The position numbers and the translations under genes were made by a program. Shown here one piece after another: positions 20,848 to 30,888 of a stretch of 64,000 bases of DNA. Below the pieces are notes generated by a model, which did no database searches, was not told the origin of the DNA, and was given only the letters and a program-made list of their open reading frames with translations. Source of the DNA: Candidatus Omnitrophota bacterium (lineage in GTDB: Bacteria; Omnitrophota; Gorgyraeia; Duberdicusellales; 4484-171); the NCBI GenBank assembly GCA_043815445.1, contig JBDRIY010000054.1:527-64526 (forward strand), written 5' to 3'. Every line of letters begins with the position of its first letter. The stretch's first letter is position 1.

Positions 20848-22053
20848 TCATTTACTTACGACTGTATCGCCTTCCTGAATAATCCATCCGCTAATAGTCT
20901 CTTTTATGTCCGCGGCAGATATTTCTTTTCTTGTTTCAATAACCTCTACTTCACCTATTTCTTCACCAGCGCGTGTAACCCTCAGTAAAACTCCCGGGCG
21001 TATGCCGGAATTTTCCCCTATATCCACAACAATGAATTTTTCTTCGGTGTTAATGGCGATAACCTCTCCCTGGACTCCCTGTAAACCTAAAGTGTCAGGC
21101 TTTACTACAATCGCCGGCAACTCAACCGATACTGAGTTATTAGGTGTCTCCCCTCTTGTAATCACTTGCTCCAACTGGCTCTGCAGCTGTTCAAAAGCTG
21201 AAGACTTTTCTTTTAAAATATTCTCTATATCTATAATCCTATTCTCAACCTCAATTTTTTTATCCCTAATCTCTTTATAGCTTTTCTGCAGATCCATTTT
21301 ATCTCTACTGGCTAATACAAGCTCTCTCTTGAGGCTCAAATTAGTGGTTTGCGCGCTCTTTAACTTTGACAGGACGCTATTCCTTTCTTCTCTTTCATTA
21401 ATTAAATCAATACTCATAATACGCATAGCTTTTTCTTTAAAAATTACATCTTCTTGAAGTTTCTGTTTATCCTTAGCTATCTGATCTATTTTAACGCTTA
21501 ATTCTTTATTATAATTCTGAAGCTCGGCTATTTTGGTTTTCGCGTCAAGAACTTCTGAATTCAAATCACTTAGGCTTGCCTCTAGCATCGCTTTCTTTTC
21601 AATAAAATCTATCCAATGTTCATCCGCGGCCTGCTGCTCTGGAAGCGGTTGTTGTGTTACAATGCTTATCTTACTTGTTGAGATTTTTTTAATTTTTTCC
21701 GTTAATTCCTCTTTTTGCCGTGAAGCCTCTTCCCATTTTTCCCGCCATTCTTCTCTTTCTTCTTGAAGATCAGCAAAGGCTTCCTGAACCGCGAGTATTT
21801 TCTTTTCCGCGCTGTCTAACTCTTCTTTTGCTCTATCGTATCTATCTGTCAAATTAGCATTATTTTTGATTAAAACCGCTTTTTCCTGTTTAACTTTTTT
21901 ATTATCTTCAAGCAAAGATTGCTTTTCGTCGTAAAAAGTAAAAGCAATAAAGCCTATTCCTAATATCACTACCAATAATATAATGGAAATTATTTTAGAC
22001 TTATCCATTACCCCCCCCTTATTTTTAGATATTTTTAAAAAAATAACTTTCAA
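20848..22053 (-). CDS. Membrane-anchored long coiled-coil protein with C-terminal beta domain
   Basis: N-terminal hydrophobic helix, about 270 aa of heptad-rich sequence, C-terminal GEVIAIN..FIVVDIG..G domain. Confidence 0.65.
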   Translation of the reverse strand: MKVIFLKISKNKGGVMDKSKIISIILLVVILGIGFIAFTFYDEKQSLLEDNKKVKQEKAVLIKNNANLTDRYDRAKEELDSAEKKILAVQEAFADLQEEREEWREKWEEASRQKEELTEKIKKISTSKISIVTQQPLPEQQAADEHWIDFIEKKAMLEASLSDLNSEVLDAKTKIAELQNYNKELSVKIDQIAKDKQKLQEDVIFKEKAMRIMSIDLINEREERNSVLSKLKSAQTTNLSLKRELVLASRDKMDLQKSYKEIRDKKIEVENRIIDIENILKEKSSAFEQLQSQLEQVITRGETPNNSVSVELPAIVVKPDTLGLQGVQGEVIAINTEEKFIVVDIGENSGIRPGVLLRVTRAGEEIGEVEVIETRKEISAADIKETISGWIIQEGDTVVSK

Positions 22054-22187
22054 CCTAATTATAACATCCGGCTTAACTCTGTAAAGTTCTTTTTAGGATT
22101 TCTTTTAGAAATTTCTAATTACAAAGATTGTTTTGCTAAAAGCAGAACTATGTAATTTATTCTTAATTTTTTAATCGGAAAACTCTC

Positions 22188-25142
22188 TCAAAACTTTTTA
22201 GAATAATAAAGTTTGACGATATGTTGGGTATCGAGAGTGGGAGAAGCAGTGCCAAAAGGAGTATAACTGGAAAGAGCAACATCAACCGAAGGAACAATAC
22301 CATATTGAATAGCGAATTCACTGTCTTCTTTTATCTTTAATTGAATTTCAGAAAAAAGAGTGTGATGAGATGATTTAATTGTCCGTGAATTATCCTGTAG
22401 TTCAGCAATATCATTAGCCCGGGAATAAACATACCTAAAATAAAAGCCTAACTTTTCAGAAAATAAATATCTCACATCAAACCCGATATGATTTATGTTG
22501 TCATCAACAAGCTGAGCCCAGCCATACTCGTTGCGGGTATAATCTAAACGTAACCTTAAATTATCTTGAGGCCTTAGATTTATTCCCAGTTTAAATATAT
22601 CAAAATCCGGATAAGGCGGGACATAAAAAGCGTTGGTGCTGCTTAAACCTGATGTTTCTTGACGAACTGTATGGTTGTATTCATTAAATGTAGTCATCCA
22701 TGTTGACCCAAATAAATCTCTGGGAAAATCGCCATAAGCTAAAGTACAGTCATTAGTGCGCTCCCAGATAAAATTCGTATCTAACCACTTAAAAAAATCA
22801 TATTGGAAACCTAAGGACATAGTTTTTAAGGTAGGGTCTTTATCCGCGTCCACTGAAGCATTTTTGTAAAAATCACCGCTATTGGGGTCAATAATAAAAG
22901 GATCTATCCCCTGATCAGTTTTTGGTAAATCCTGATAAATCCCTAAAAACTTTGTAGTTAATTTAGGCGTAGTTTTGTGTGTAAGCTCTAAACGGCTTAC
23001 ATTTTCAATATACTCTCCATCAGTATTATGAACATTTCTTATGTCAAATAAAGCGTCTAACTTATCCATAGGAAGATTTTTCGTCTCATATCTAAAACTA
23101 ATAACATCCCGTCCATAATCAATGCCATCACCAATCCTAAAATCCTTAACATCATTCCAGCTTATCGCCGGATCAGTAATGCTTGGCAAATGATTTTCAA
23201 AAGGCTGCTTAAAAGTAAGGTGCCGGGACCAAAACATATCATCTCTTGTTTCTCTAAAACTGGCTAAAGCAGTTTCAAAGCCTTGATCCATATGGGTAAA
23301 AGATAATTTTAATTTATAAAAAGGATTTTCTTGTTCTTTTTCTGTTGGTTCAAGAGCAAAGTAATTTTCCCCAAAGGCTTGTTTAGAAGAATTAACTAAA
23401 CTAAGATGAAAAGCATTTCCTCTTTTCTTAGTTTTATAATCAGCTGAAGCTTTGTCCTGTTCGCCTCTTGAAGCAGACACCTCGGTAAAAATCTGAGTAT
23501 TATCATCTAAACCTAAATTAAAATCAAAACCAAAAAAGTTATTATAAACATCTAAAGCCCTATCATTATATCCTAATTTAGAACCCTGTAAAAAACCTAA
23601 AGTTAAATTATCTAAATAAAAATATTTAAATCTGGAAACAGCCGCGAAAGTATCAAAACTTTCATAATTCTGCCAAAGTTCTTTAGGCGAAGCTGTAGTA
23701 AAGTCAAAAAGAGTTTTTTCCGAATCTAATTTAAAAGAAAGCCCTCTTAAGGAAGTTAACCTTTCACCTTTTGAATCACGGGTAAAAAAAGCCGAAGAAT
23801 CATCCCACCAGCCTTTTAAAAAATCCTGAGCAGCTCCGCCAGTATTAAAATGCCCTGGGCGCCAGTTAACCAGCCATTGAGATTCTTCCCAGTAAATATG
23901 GCGGTTGCTAAGATTTAAGGGATCATCGGAATTATAAGCTAAATTGTCTTTTGCTACCGGAAGAATTTTCAAAGTTAAATCGTCTTTATTATAACCAAAC
24001 CAAAATTCTCTTGCCGGCCAAAACTGCTGGTAAATTTCGGCCTCAGGAATATTAAAAGTATCAAAACTTCCATTACCCCAGACAATGCCTCTTTGACCGG
24101 AAGCAATAACCTTATTATCTTTTACTTTCATTTCAGGAGTAGAAAAAAAGTTCCCTAATTTTTCAGAATAAAAAGTTTCATTAACAGTACGGCCGGTATT
24201 AGACCAGTATTTTAAAACAATATTAGCTATATCGCCATTCTCACTAGTAACATTAATTACACTAGATTTACCAATAAAACTCCAGGGGCTGATATCAAAA
24301 TCACTGCCAAAGCCCCAGCCATTTTCAACCGGCTTTTCTATTTTAATCCGGAAACGGTCAAAAATATCTATATTAGATGTATTGTCTTTACGGTTATGAG
24401 CCGCGCCGGAAAGCATCCGCCAGTTTTTCTCATTCATATCCATATTAGACCTTTTCCAAACAAGCCCATCATCACTATCCACGCCAAAACTGGCATGAGC
24501 TGTACCGGAAATTTTTATTTTAGAATCTGCTTCAAGATCTTCTTCAATATATTCAGGATATATCGGCGTCCTCTCTCCCCCAGATCTTTTTTTAGTTATT
24601 GTTTCTGAAGATATTTTTGTTTTAGGCTGGATTACTTTTATTTCTTTTACTTGAGGCGCTCTGGCAAATTCTTTTGAAGAAAAAGCCTCTACAGTTTTCT
24701 TTTCAGGCTCAATCTTAGGCTGGACTGCCTTAGTTTCTCTTACCTTAAGAACCTTTGCCGGCTCTTCTGAAAAAAAATCTTGTTTTGATTTCTCTAAATC
24801 TTTTAAAGATACAGCCATTGCCGGCTTTGGGCTTAACTTTAGTTTTGTTTTTGTCTTGCTTAATAAAGTAAATGAATCCAAGCTATTCTTTACTTCCTTT
24901 TGGCGGGTTTGAGCTAAATACGCGCGGGCTTCTTGATTACAAGAATCAGCTAAAAGAACTTTTCTAAATTCTTCTTTAGCCTCTCGCGGACAATCCTTTT
25001 CTAAAAGAGCCCTGCCTCTTTCAATTAAATATTCACTTGCTGAGCTGCAAAACCCATTAATAGGCAAAAAAACTCCCAAAACTAAAACTAAAATAACCTT
25101 TTTCATCATAAAGATTTTAACAAAAGCCCTCAACAATTGCAA
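22188..25142 (-). CDS. Large exported protein, TPR-like N-terminus, probable outer-membrane beta-barrel
   Basis: Signal peptide, TPR-like helix pair, amphipathic beta pattern, C-terminal VKLYYSKKF. Confidence 0.6.
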   Translation of the reverse strand: MQLLRAFVKIFMMKKVILVLVLGVFLPINGFCSSASEYLIERGRALLEKDCPREAKEEFRKVLLADSCNQEARAYLAQTRQKEVKNSLDSFTLLSKTKTKLKLSPKPAMAVSLKDLEKSKQDFFSEEPAKVLKVRETKAVQPKIEPEKKTVEAFSSKEFARAPQVKEIKVIQPKTKISSETITKKRSGGERTPIYPEYIEEDLEADSKIKISGTAHASFGVDSDDGLVWKRSNMDMNEKNWRMLSGAAHNRKDNTSNIDIFDRFRIKIEKPVENGWGFGSDFDISPWSFIGKSSVINVTSENGDIANIVLKYWSNTGRTVNETFYSEKLGNFFSTPEMKVKDNKVIASGQRGIVWGNGSFDTFNIPEAEIYQQFWPAREFWFGYNKDDLTLKILPVAKDNLAYNSDDPLNLSNRHIYWEESQWLVNWRPGHFNTGGAAQDFLKGWWDDSSAFFTRDSKGERLTSLRGLSFKLDSEKTLFDFTTASPKELWQNYESFDTFAAVSRFKYFYLDNLTLGFLQGSKLGYNDRALDVYNNFFGFDFNLGLDDNTQIFTEVSASRGEQDKASADYKTKKRGNAFHLSLVNSSKQAFGENYFALEPTEKEQENPFYKLKLSFTHMDQGFETALASFRETRDDMFWSRHLTFKQPFENHLPSITDPAISWNDVKDFRIGDGIDYGRDVISFRYETKNLPMDKLDALFDIRNVHNTDGEYIENVSRLELTHKTTPKLTTKFLGIYQDLPKTDQGIDPFIIDPNSGDFYKNASVDADKDPTLKTMSLGFQYDFFKWLDTNFIWERTNDCTLAYGDFPRDLFGSTWMTTFNEYNHTVRQETSGLSSTNAFYVPPYPDFDIFKLGINLRPQDNLRLRLDYTRNEYGWAQLVDDNINHIGFDVRYLFSEKLGFYFRYVYSRANDIAELQDNSRTIKSSHHTLFSEIQLKIKEDSEFAIQYGIVPSVDVALSSYTPFGTASPTLDTQHIVKLYYSKKF

Positions 25143-25258
25143 CCTCTTTTTTCTTCCCGCGAATACCGCAATAAATATTACGGGTTAGATCTAATGTGAG
25201 TCAATTCGGGTTAAAAGTATTTGTTTTTGGCTAAATCTTAGGTTATAATGCGGCTAAT

Positions 25259-26497
25259 ATGTTTATCAGCTCAATTATTCAGAAATTTATTCTTGGCTAT
25301 ATTTTACTTTTTCCCCTTCTGCCGGCATTGACTTCTGAAAGAATAAACTTGGCGGTTAATTTAATTTTTTTATGCTTAGGAACAGTTTATGTATTTATTT
25401 TACGCGAAAATATTAAAAAAAGCCTGCTAAATCCCATAATCATACTTTTTTTCTCAATTCTTATATTTTCAGCATTCTTCTCCCATGGTATAGCTGCTGG
25501 CTTAGAACAAGCCTATCGCTGGCTTCCTTTTCTCATTCTATTTTATATAGTAAAAGTTTCTAATGAAGATAAGAAAAAATGGCTGTTACGAATACTGCTT
25601 CTAAGCGCTTGCTTAGTTTCCCTTTACAGCCTGCGGGCTTTTTTTATTATATCAGGATATATTTCTTCCTATCTTCAACAACACAATATAAATTACTATT
25701 TTGCTCAAGAATTCTTAGCCCGAAAAAGAGCCTTTGCCCCTTTTATTACCCCTAACCTGCTGGCAGGATATCTAACAATGGTAATATTTATTGCCGTAGG
25801 AATATTTTTAAAAAATAAACATAAAACCGACAGGCTAATAGCGCTTAGTTGTTTAACCCTATCTTTACCTGTATTTTTCCTTACTAAATCTATCGGCGGA
25901 TGGCTTTCAATGCTTTCAGCTCTATGTTTCTTTCTGTTTTTTAATAAAAAAATAAACCCCGTTAGAGATAGCTCATTTTTAAATAAATATAAAATCTCTA
26001 ACGGGGTAAATAAAAAAGTTACTGTTTCTATTCTTATGGCTATTTTAATCCTAACTATAATCTTTATCGCAAGAGTTAAGGAGGCGCGGGAGATAACTGC
26101 TCCCTTATTTTCCTTGCAGCAAAGAATTTCCTATTGGGCTCAAACTATTGAAATAATTAAACAGCACCCTTTAATCGGAGTAGGCGCGGGAAACCTTTCA
26201 TTAAAAGGTTCTCTAAGCTCTCACAACTCCTACCTTCAAATCTGGGCTGAAACAGGAATAGCGGGGCTAATAGGCTGGCTGGCAATTGTTTTCATCTTTA
26301 TAAAAAGAAGTGTAGGAGTGCTTCAATATTCAAAAAGAAAGGCTTTTTGGGCCGGAACTTTTTGCGCGGGTTTATCGTTTCTATTCCACAACTTAATAGA
26401 TTTTTCCTTTTTTATTCCCCAAGCAGCCTTTTTATGGTGGATAGTTTTAGCTCTGGCAACGGCAAGCCCTACCCCTGCCAGCTCCGATAATCATTAA
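25259..26497 (+). CDS. O-antigen ligase / Wzy_C family membrane protein
   Basis: Multiple TM helices, PNLLAGY, LTKSIGGW, HPLIGVGAGN, SHNSYLQIWAETG. Confidence 0.85.
   Translation: MFISSIIQKFILGYILLFPLLPALTSERINLAVNLIFLCLGTVYVFILRENIKKSLLNPIIILFFSILIFSAFFSHGIAAGLEQAYRWLPFLILFYIVKVSNEDKKKWLLRILLLSACLVSLYSLRAFFIISGYISSYLQQHNINYYFAQEFLARKRAFAPFITPNLLAGYLTMVIFIAVGIFLKNKHKTDRLIALSCLTLSLPVFFLTKSIGGWLSMLSALCFFLFFNKKINPVRDSSFLNKYKISNGVNKKVTVSILMAILILTIIFIARVKEAREITAPLFSLQQRISYWAQTIEIIKQHPLIGVGAGNLSLKGSLSSHNSYLQIWAETGIAGLIGWLAIVFIFIKRSVGVLQYSKRKAFWAGTFCAGLSFLFHNLIDFSFFIPQAAFLWWIVLALATASPTPASSDNH
25953..26010. repeat. 58-bp palindromic element inserted in frame in the ligase gene
   Basis: TAAACCCCGTTAGAGAT...ATCTCTAACGGGGTAAA; homologous to 14135-14192. 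Confidence 0.85.
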
Positions 26498-27493
26498 TAT
26501 TGTTGCCAATAGAGAACTGCTTAACAAAATCCAAAATCCCGCGCTTATTCCATTTAATAAAAATACTCCGCTTAAAGGCCATAAAACAGCAATAAAATAT
26601 ATTCCTGCCAACATTTTCTTTTGAGAATATCCCTGGGATAAAAATTTTAAAATTATGTGATCATTACTCTTTCTCAAAGGAGAAACTTTTTTTAGGGCAC
26701 GTGCCGTAATAAGATAAAGTGTATCTATAATAGGTAAGCCTAAAACCAACACCGGAATCAGTAATGCCCAAGGGCTGCGTAAAACAGCATAATCTCCATA
26801 TATACTTAAAGCCGCGAATAAAAACCCTAAAAAATGACTCCCTGAATTTCCCATAAAAACCTTAGCTTTAGGCCTGCCCCGATGTTCTAATCGGGGTAGA
26901 TTAAAAAACATAAAAGCAAAAAGCGCTCCGCTTAAACCGGCAAAAACAAATGCTAAGAAACTGGCTGTTTTAAGAAATATTACCAGAAATGCTAAACTAA
27001 TAATCAAAGAAATTCCGCCGCAAGCGCCGTCAGCTACATCTAAATGATTAAAAGCGTTAGTAATTCCCGCTATCCATAAAAAAGAAACAATATAGTTTGC
27101 CCATCCCGGCAAAAAATAAATTTGAATTTTTTTGGCGAAAATAAGAAATAAAAAAATAAAGGCCAACTGAGCTGCTACTTTTGTTTTTAAAGAAAATTCC
27201 TTTAAATCATCTACAAACCCTATTGCTAATAGTATAAAAGAAAAAATAATTATCCAAAGAAACTGAAAAGGCAAAATAACTCCTCTAATAATAAAGGATA
27301 AATACAAGCACAAAATAAAGGCCAAAGAAAAACCTATTCCTCCAATATAAGGAACTCCTTTTTTTCTTATAAAAAGATTATGTTTTAAAGAAAACCTGCG
27401 CAAAAAACTAGTTAAAAACACAGCTAAAATAAAAGCGCAGGAAAAAATAAAAATAAGATTTAATATTCTACAGTTGAGCATAAATACCTTCAA
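26447..27493 (-). CDS. WecA/MraY-family polyprenyl-phosphate HexNAc-1-phosphate transferase
   Basis: PYIGG, GFVDDL, NAFNHLDVADG, KVFMGNSGS. Confidence 0.87.
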   Translation of the reverse strand: MKVFMLNCRILNLIFIFSCAFILAVFLTSFLRRFSLKHNLFIRKKGVPYIGGIGFSLAFILCLYLSFIIRGVILPFQFLWIIIFSFILLAIGFVDDLKEFSLKTKVAAQLAFIFLFLIFAKKIQIYFLPGWANYIVSFLWIAGITNAFNHLDVADGACGGISLIISLAFLVIFLKTASFLAFVFAGLSGALFAFMFFNLPRLEHRGRPKAKVFMGNSGSHFLGFLFAALSIYGDYAVLRSPWALLIPVLVLGLPIIDTLYLITARALKKVSPLRKSNDHIILKFLSQGYSQKKMLAGIYFIAVLWPLSGVFLLNGISAGFWILLSSSLLATILMIIGAGRGRACRCQS

Positions 27494-28592
27494 TCTCCTT
27501 AATCATTCTTTTCTCAGACCAATAGCTCAAATTAATTCTATTACGGTTAACTTCTATTACCCTACTCCAATCTTCAGAGCTTTTCAATATCTGCCAACAT
27601 TTTTCTTTAACTATCTTTGAATCACCCGGCTGGACAATAAACCCCTGCTGTTTATCTTTTACTAAATCTCTCAAGCCTTCTGTATCAGAAACTACAATCG
27701 GAACCCCGGAGCTAACTGCTTCAATTAAAGATATCGGCAAACCCTCCCATAAAGAAGTAAGCACAAAAACCGACGCTTTTTTAAATAATTCCTCAATATT
27801 ATCAACCCAGCCTTCAAGCCGCACTTTATTGCTAAGCCCCAGCAATCTTATTCTTTTTTCAATCTTTTTTTTAAAAGGCCCGGCGCCGGCTATTATAAAA
27901 TTAAGCTTAGGATTTTCTTTTAAAAGCATTTTGGCCGCGCCTAAAAAATAAAAAAGGCCTTTTTGAGGCTTTAAGGCTGAAATAGTTAAAATTGTATTTT
28001 TGGGCTTTAGCTTCTTTCTTTCTTTATAAACATTTTCAAACTTATCTATATCTATTCCATAATGAATAAGAGAAAATTTTTCAGCCTTAGCTATTTTATT
28101 TTTAACTCCCTTTTGTAAATCAGAATTTGAAACAACAATGATTTTTTTGGTAATTTTCGCGGTAATTTTTTCCAAAACAAGATATAAATAATAACCTGCC
28201 GAATTCATAAACCCATGAAAAGGCCAGCCATGAACAGTATAAACAATATTTTTAACCCCGGCAAAATAAGCCGCCCACCTTCCTAAAATAGAAGCCTTAG
28301 GCGAATGAGTATGCACGATATAAAATTTGTTTTTCCTAATATAAAAGTACAATTTCAAAAAAGCAATAAAATCATATACCGGATTAATATTTCTCACCAG
28401 TTGAGGAATTAACCTTACTTGAAAGAAGGAAGATTTTAAAAATTTTTCTTGGAGATAACCTTGTTTCCCCGCGAATAAACACACTAGATATTGGCTGTTA
28501 TCTAAACCATTTACAATTGAAAGCAGCTGTTTCTGCGCCCCTCCTAATTCCAAATGAGTAATAATAAAAAGTATTTTCTTCTTTTTTATCAT
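27468..28592 (-). CDS. Glycosyltransferase family 4
   Basis: LGGAQ, HTHSPKA, TSLWEGLPISLIEA. Confidence 0.9.
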   Translation of the reverse strand: MIKKKKILFIITHLELGGAQKQLLSIVNGLDNSQYLVCLFAGKQGYLQEKFLKSSFFQVRLIPQLVRNINPVYDFIAFLKLYFYIRKNKFYIVHTHSPKASILGRWAAYFAGVKNIVYTVHGWPFHGFMNSAGYYLYLVLEKITAKITKKIIVVSNSDLQKGVKNKIAKAEKFSLIHYGIDIDKFENVYKERKKLKPKNTILTISALKPQKGLFYFLGAAKMLLKENPKLNFIIAGAGPFKKKIEKRIRLLGLSNKVRLEGWVDNIEELFKKASVFVLTSLWEGLPISLIEAVSSGVPIVVSDTEGLRDLVKDKQQGFIVQPGDSKIVKEKCWQILKSSEDWSRVIEVNRNRINLSYWSEKRMIKEIEGIYAQL

Positions 28593-28608
28593 CCGCGAAA
28601 AATATCTT

Positions 28609-30375
28609 TCAGGCGCTGGCGCTATTATGCGACAGTGCCTCTATTTGCCCGGCAAATAACTCTGAAAATTCCCGAACTTCCGCTATGAGCTTTCGGGGAG
28701 CGCCGGCAAGAATATTATTTGGGCTTTTTAAAAAATAAACTGAATCACAGGCCATTATTGTTGATAATCTATGAGAAACAACTATTACAATATCTATAGG
28801 CAAGCTCCGTATATTGCTCATTATTTTTTCCTCGCTGTAAGAATCCATAGAAGACATTGCTTCGTCCAAAATTAAAATTTTAGGTTTATTTATTAAAGCT
28901 CTGGCAATAGCAATTTTTTGCTTTTGGCCTTCAGAAAGTTTACAAGCATTTTCACCGATAACTGTCTCATACCCTTGAGGTAAACTCTTAACAAACTCAT
29001 CTACGCCGGCTAAAGCCGCGGTTTCAACTACTTCATTTCTTGAAGCGTTTTTTTTAGCGTACTTAATATTATTCTCTATACTATCATTCCATAAAAACGG
29101 CTCTTGTAGGGCTACGCTGATTTGCTGTTTTAAAAAAACCTTATCTAATTCTTCTATATTGCGCCCCTGAATAAGCACCTTGCCTTTGCCCGGTTTATAT
29201 ATGCCTAAGATTAAATTTAAAATTGTAGTCTTACCGCACCCGGAAAGTCCGGCTAAAGAAATAACTCCTTTTTCTAAATTAAATTCTATATCCCTTAAAA
29301 CATCTTCCCCTTCACAATAACCAAAACGGACTTTTTTAAACTCTATTCGAGGATTATCAAATATTATTCTTACCTTTGGTTTACCTATTTCAGGCGCCAG
29401 CGAATTTTCTTGCAAAACTTCATTTAAACGGTTGCAGGAAACAAGCCCCATCACTACTCTTTGAAAAAAGAAAGCAACACTGTTTTGTAAGCCAATTAAC
29501 TGGCCTAAATAAATCATTATTGCCGCTAAAGTTCCGGCTGTCATCTGCTCTTTTATCACTAAATAACCGCCGAAAAGAGTAATTAAACCTATAATTATCC
29601 GTTCACAGCTTCCTCCGGCAAAACTGCCAAAAACCTCCAGCCGAACATTTCTTAACCTTATTTTTATCCGGGCAATCAACGCCTTTAAATAACTCCTTGT
29701 TTCCGCTTTTTCTTTTCCCAAGGCTTTGACTAAATGAATATGAGAAAACACCTCTTCCATACGCTTAAAAATATCCTGAGAATTAGTCAATAATTCTTCT
29801 AATATTTTACGCATCCTAAAAGTAACATAATGAACCGGCAAATACATAATCGGCGCCAGAACAAGAGCAAAAAGCGCCATTTGCCAATTAAGATAAAAGA
29901 TAATTGCCAGAATAAAAAGCATTCTGGGAAAAATTTTAATAATTTCCTCGGGAATAGAAACAACCAAATCCACGACTCTATCTATATCATAGTTAACCCT
30001 AAACATATGCTCGCCGGTTGACCTATTTTGAAAAAAATTAAGAGGAAGGTTTTGCAAATGGCTGAATACTTTTTTATTTAAATCAAAATTTACTCTTAGA
30101 TTAACGCTTCTTTTAAACAAAGCTGACACCGCGTTAACAAGGCCGTTAATAATAAATAACCCTGTACCGATTGCCCCAAAAATAATAAAACTCTTTAACT
30201 CCTTGCCTATTATCCCCTTATCTACCGCCAACTTGCTAAGATAAGGCAGAGCTACCCCCAGCAAAACACTTACCCCGCTTAAAAAAAGTATAATAATTCC
30301 TTTTTTACGGTAAGGCAGGAGATATTTTAAGAATTTGAGGAATAACCTGAATTCTTGTTTGTTTATTTTTTTCAT
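28609..30375 (-). CDS. ABC exporter, permease/ATPase fusion (no C39 peptidase domain)
   Basis: TM domain, GLSGCGKT, variant signature LSEGQKQK, LDEAMS. Confidence 0.88.
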   Translation of the reverse strand: MKKINKQEFRLFLKFLKYLLPYRKKGIIILFLSGVSVLLGVALPYLSKLAVDKGIIGKELKSFIIFGAIGTGLFIINGLVNAVSALFKRSVNLRVNFDLNKKVFSHLQNLPLNFFQNRSTGEHMFRVNYDIDRVVDLVVSIPEEIIKIFPRMLFILAIIFYLNWQMALFALVLAPIMYLPVHYVTFRMRKILEELLTNSQDIFKRMEEVFSHIHLVKALGKEKAETRSYLKALIARIKIRLRNVRLEVFGSFAGGSCERIIIGLITLFGGYLVIKEQMTAGTLAAIMIYLGQLIGLQNSVAFFFQRVVMGLVSCNRLNEVLQENSLAPEIGKPKVRIIFDNPRIEFKKVRFGYCEGEDVLRDIEFNLEKGVISLAGLSGCGKTTILNLILGIYKPGKGKVLIQGRNIEELDKVFLKQQISVALQEPFLWNDSIENNIKYAKKNASRNEVVETAALAGVDEFVKSLPQGYETVIGENACKLSEGQKQKIAIARALINKPKILILDEAMSSMDSYSEEKIMSNIRSLPIDIVIVVSHRLSTIMACDSVYFLKSPNNILAGAPRKLIAEVREFSELFAGQIEALSHNSASA

Positions 30376-30433
30376 TATTAATCACGGGATGGAATAAACG
30401 TTTGTCCGTTACAATTATCAAAATATTTTGATC

Positions 30434-30521
30434 CGTAGGGGCGGGCCTTGCGTCCGCCCGTTATTGAATGATTGATATTATTTGACAATCATTTCGGGCG
30501 CAGGCAAGCAGCGCCCCTACG
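30434..30521. repeat. GTAG-type REP inverted pair
   Basis: CGTAGGGGCGGGCCTTGCGTCCGCCCG ... CGGGCGCAGGCAAGCAGCGCCCCTACG. Confidence 0.8.
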
Positions 30522-30531
30522 TATTTTTAAT

Positions 30532-30813
30532 TTATTTAATCGCCTTTATTTCTTTTAGGTCTTTGAGGAATTTTTTCATTTCTTTTTCAGCTTCTTCTTC
30601 AGTAGTATCAAACTTTTCTAAAACTATTTTTTTGATTGCGGCAAGGCTTTTTTTGCCATCAATTAGCTTCCAAACCTCTGACGCTACCTTATTCAAGGTA
30701 TAAATACAATTTATCTCATCCGAGGTTTTATAAATAGGCATTAAAATAGTTTCATCATCAATTACCCTTGTAACCATATCCGGATTTTTGCGTAAAACTC
30801 CCGCTTTTGCCAT
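30532..30813 (-). CDS. PqqD-family RiPP recognition element (stand-alone RRE)
   Basis: 93 aa; R.IDDETIL, IYTLNKVASEVWKLIDGK, FLKDL pattern; GGAGG RBS. Confidence 0.9.
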   Translation of the reverse strand: MAKAGVLRKNPDMVTRVIDDETILMPIYKTSDEINCIYTLNKVASEVWKLIDGKKSLAAIKKIVLEKFDTTEEEAEKEMKKFLKDLKEIKAIK

Positions 30814-30845
30814 AATTCTACCCTCCTTTTCTAAGCTATCTCTTT

Positions 30846-30876
30846 GTCATTATCCGGCTTGACCGGATAATCCAGA
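30846..30876. repeat. Short palindrome GTCATTATCCGGCTTGACCGGATAATCCAGA
   Basis: Hairpin; related copy inside the radical SAM gene at 32316-32346. Confidence 0.75.
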
Positions 30877-30888
30877 ACCTTTCAATCC

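Noticed and set aside
30482-30703. Plus-strand 73-aa ORF near PqqD as a precursor
   Set aside because: It is antisense to PqqD and begins in a REP element.
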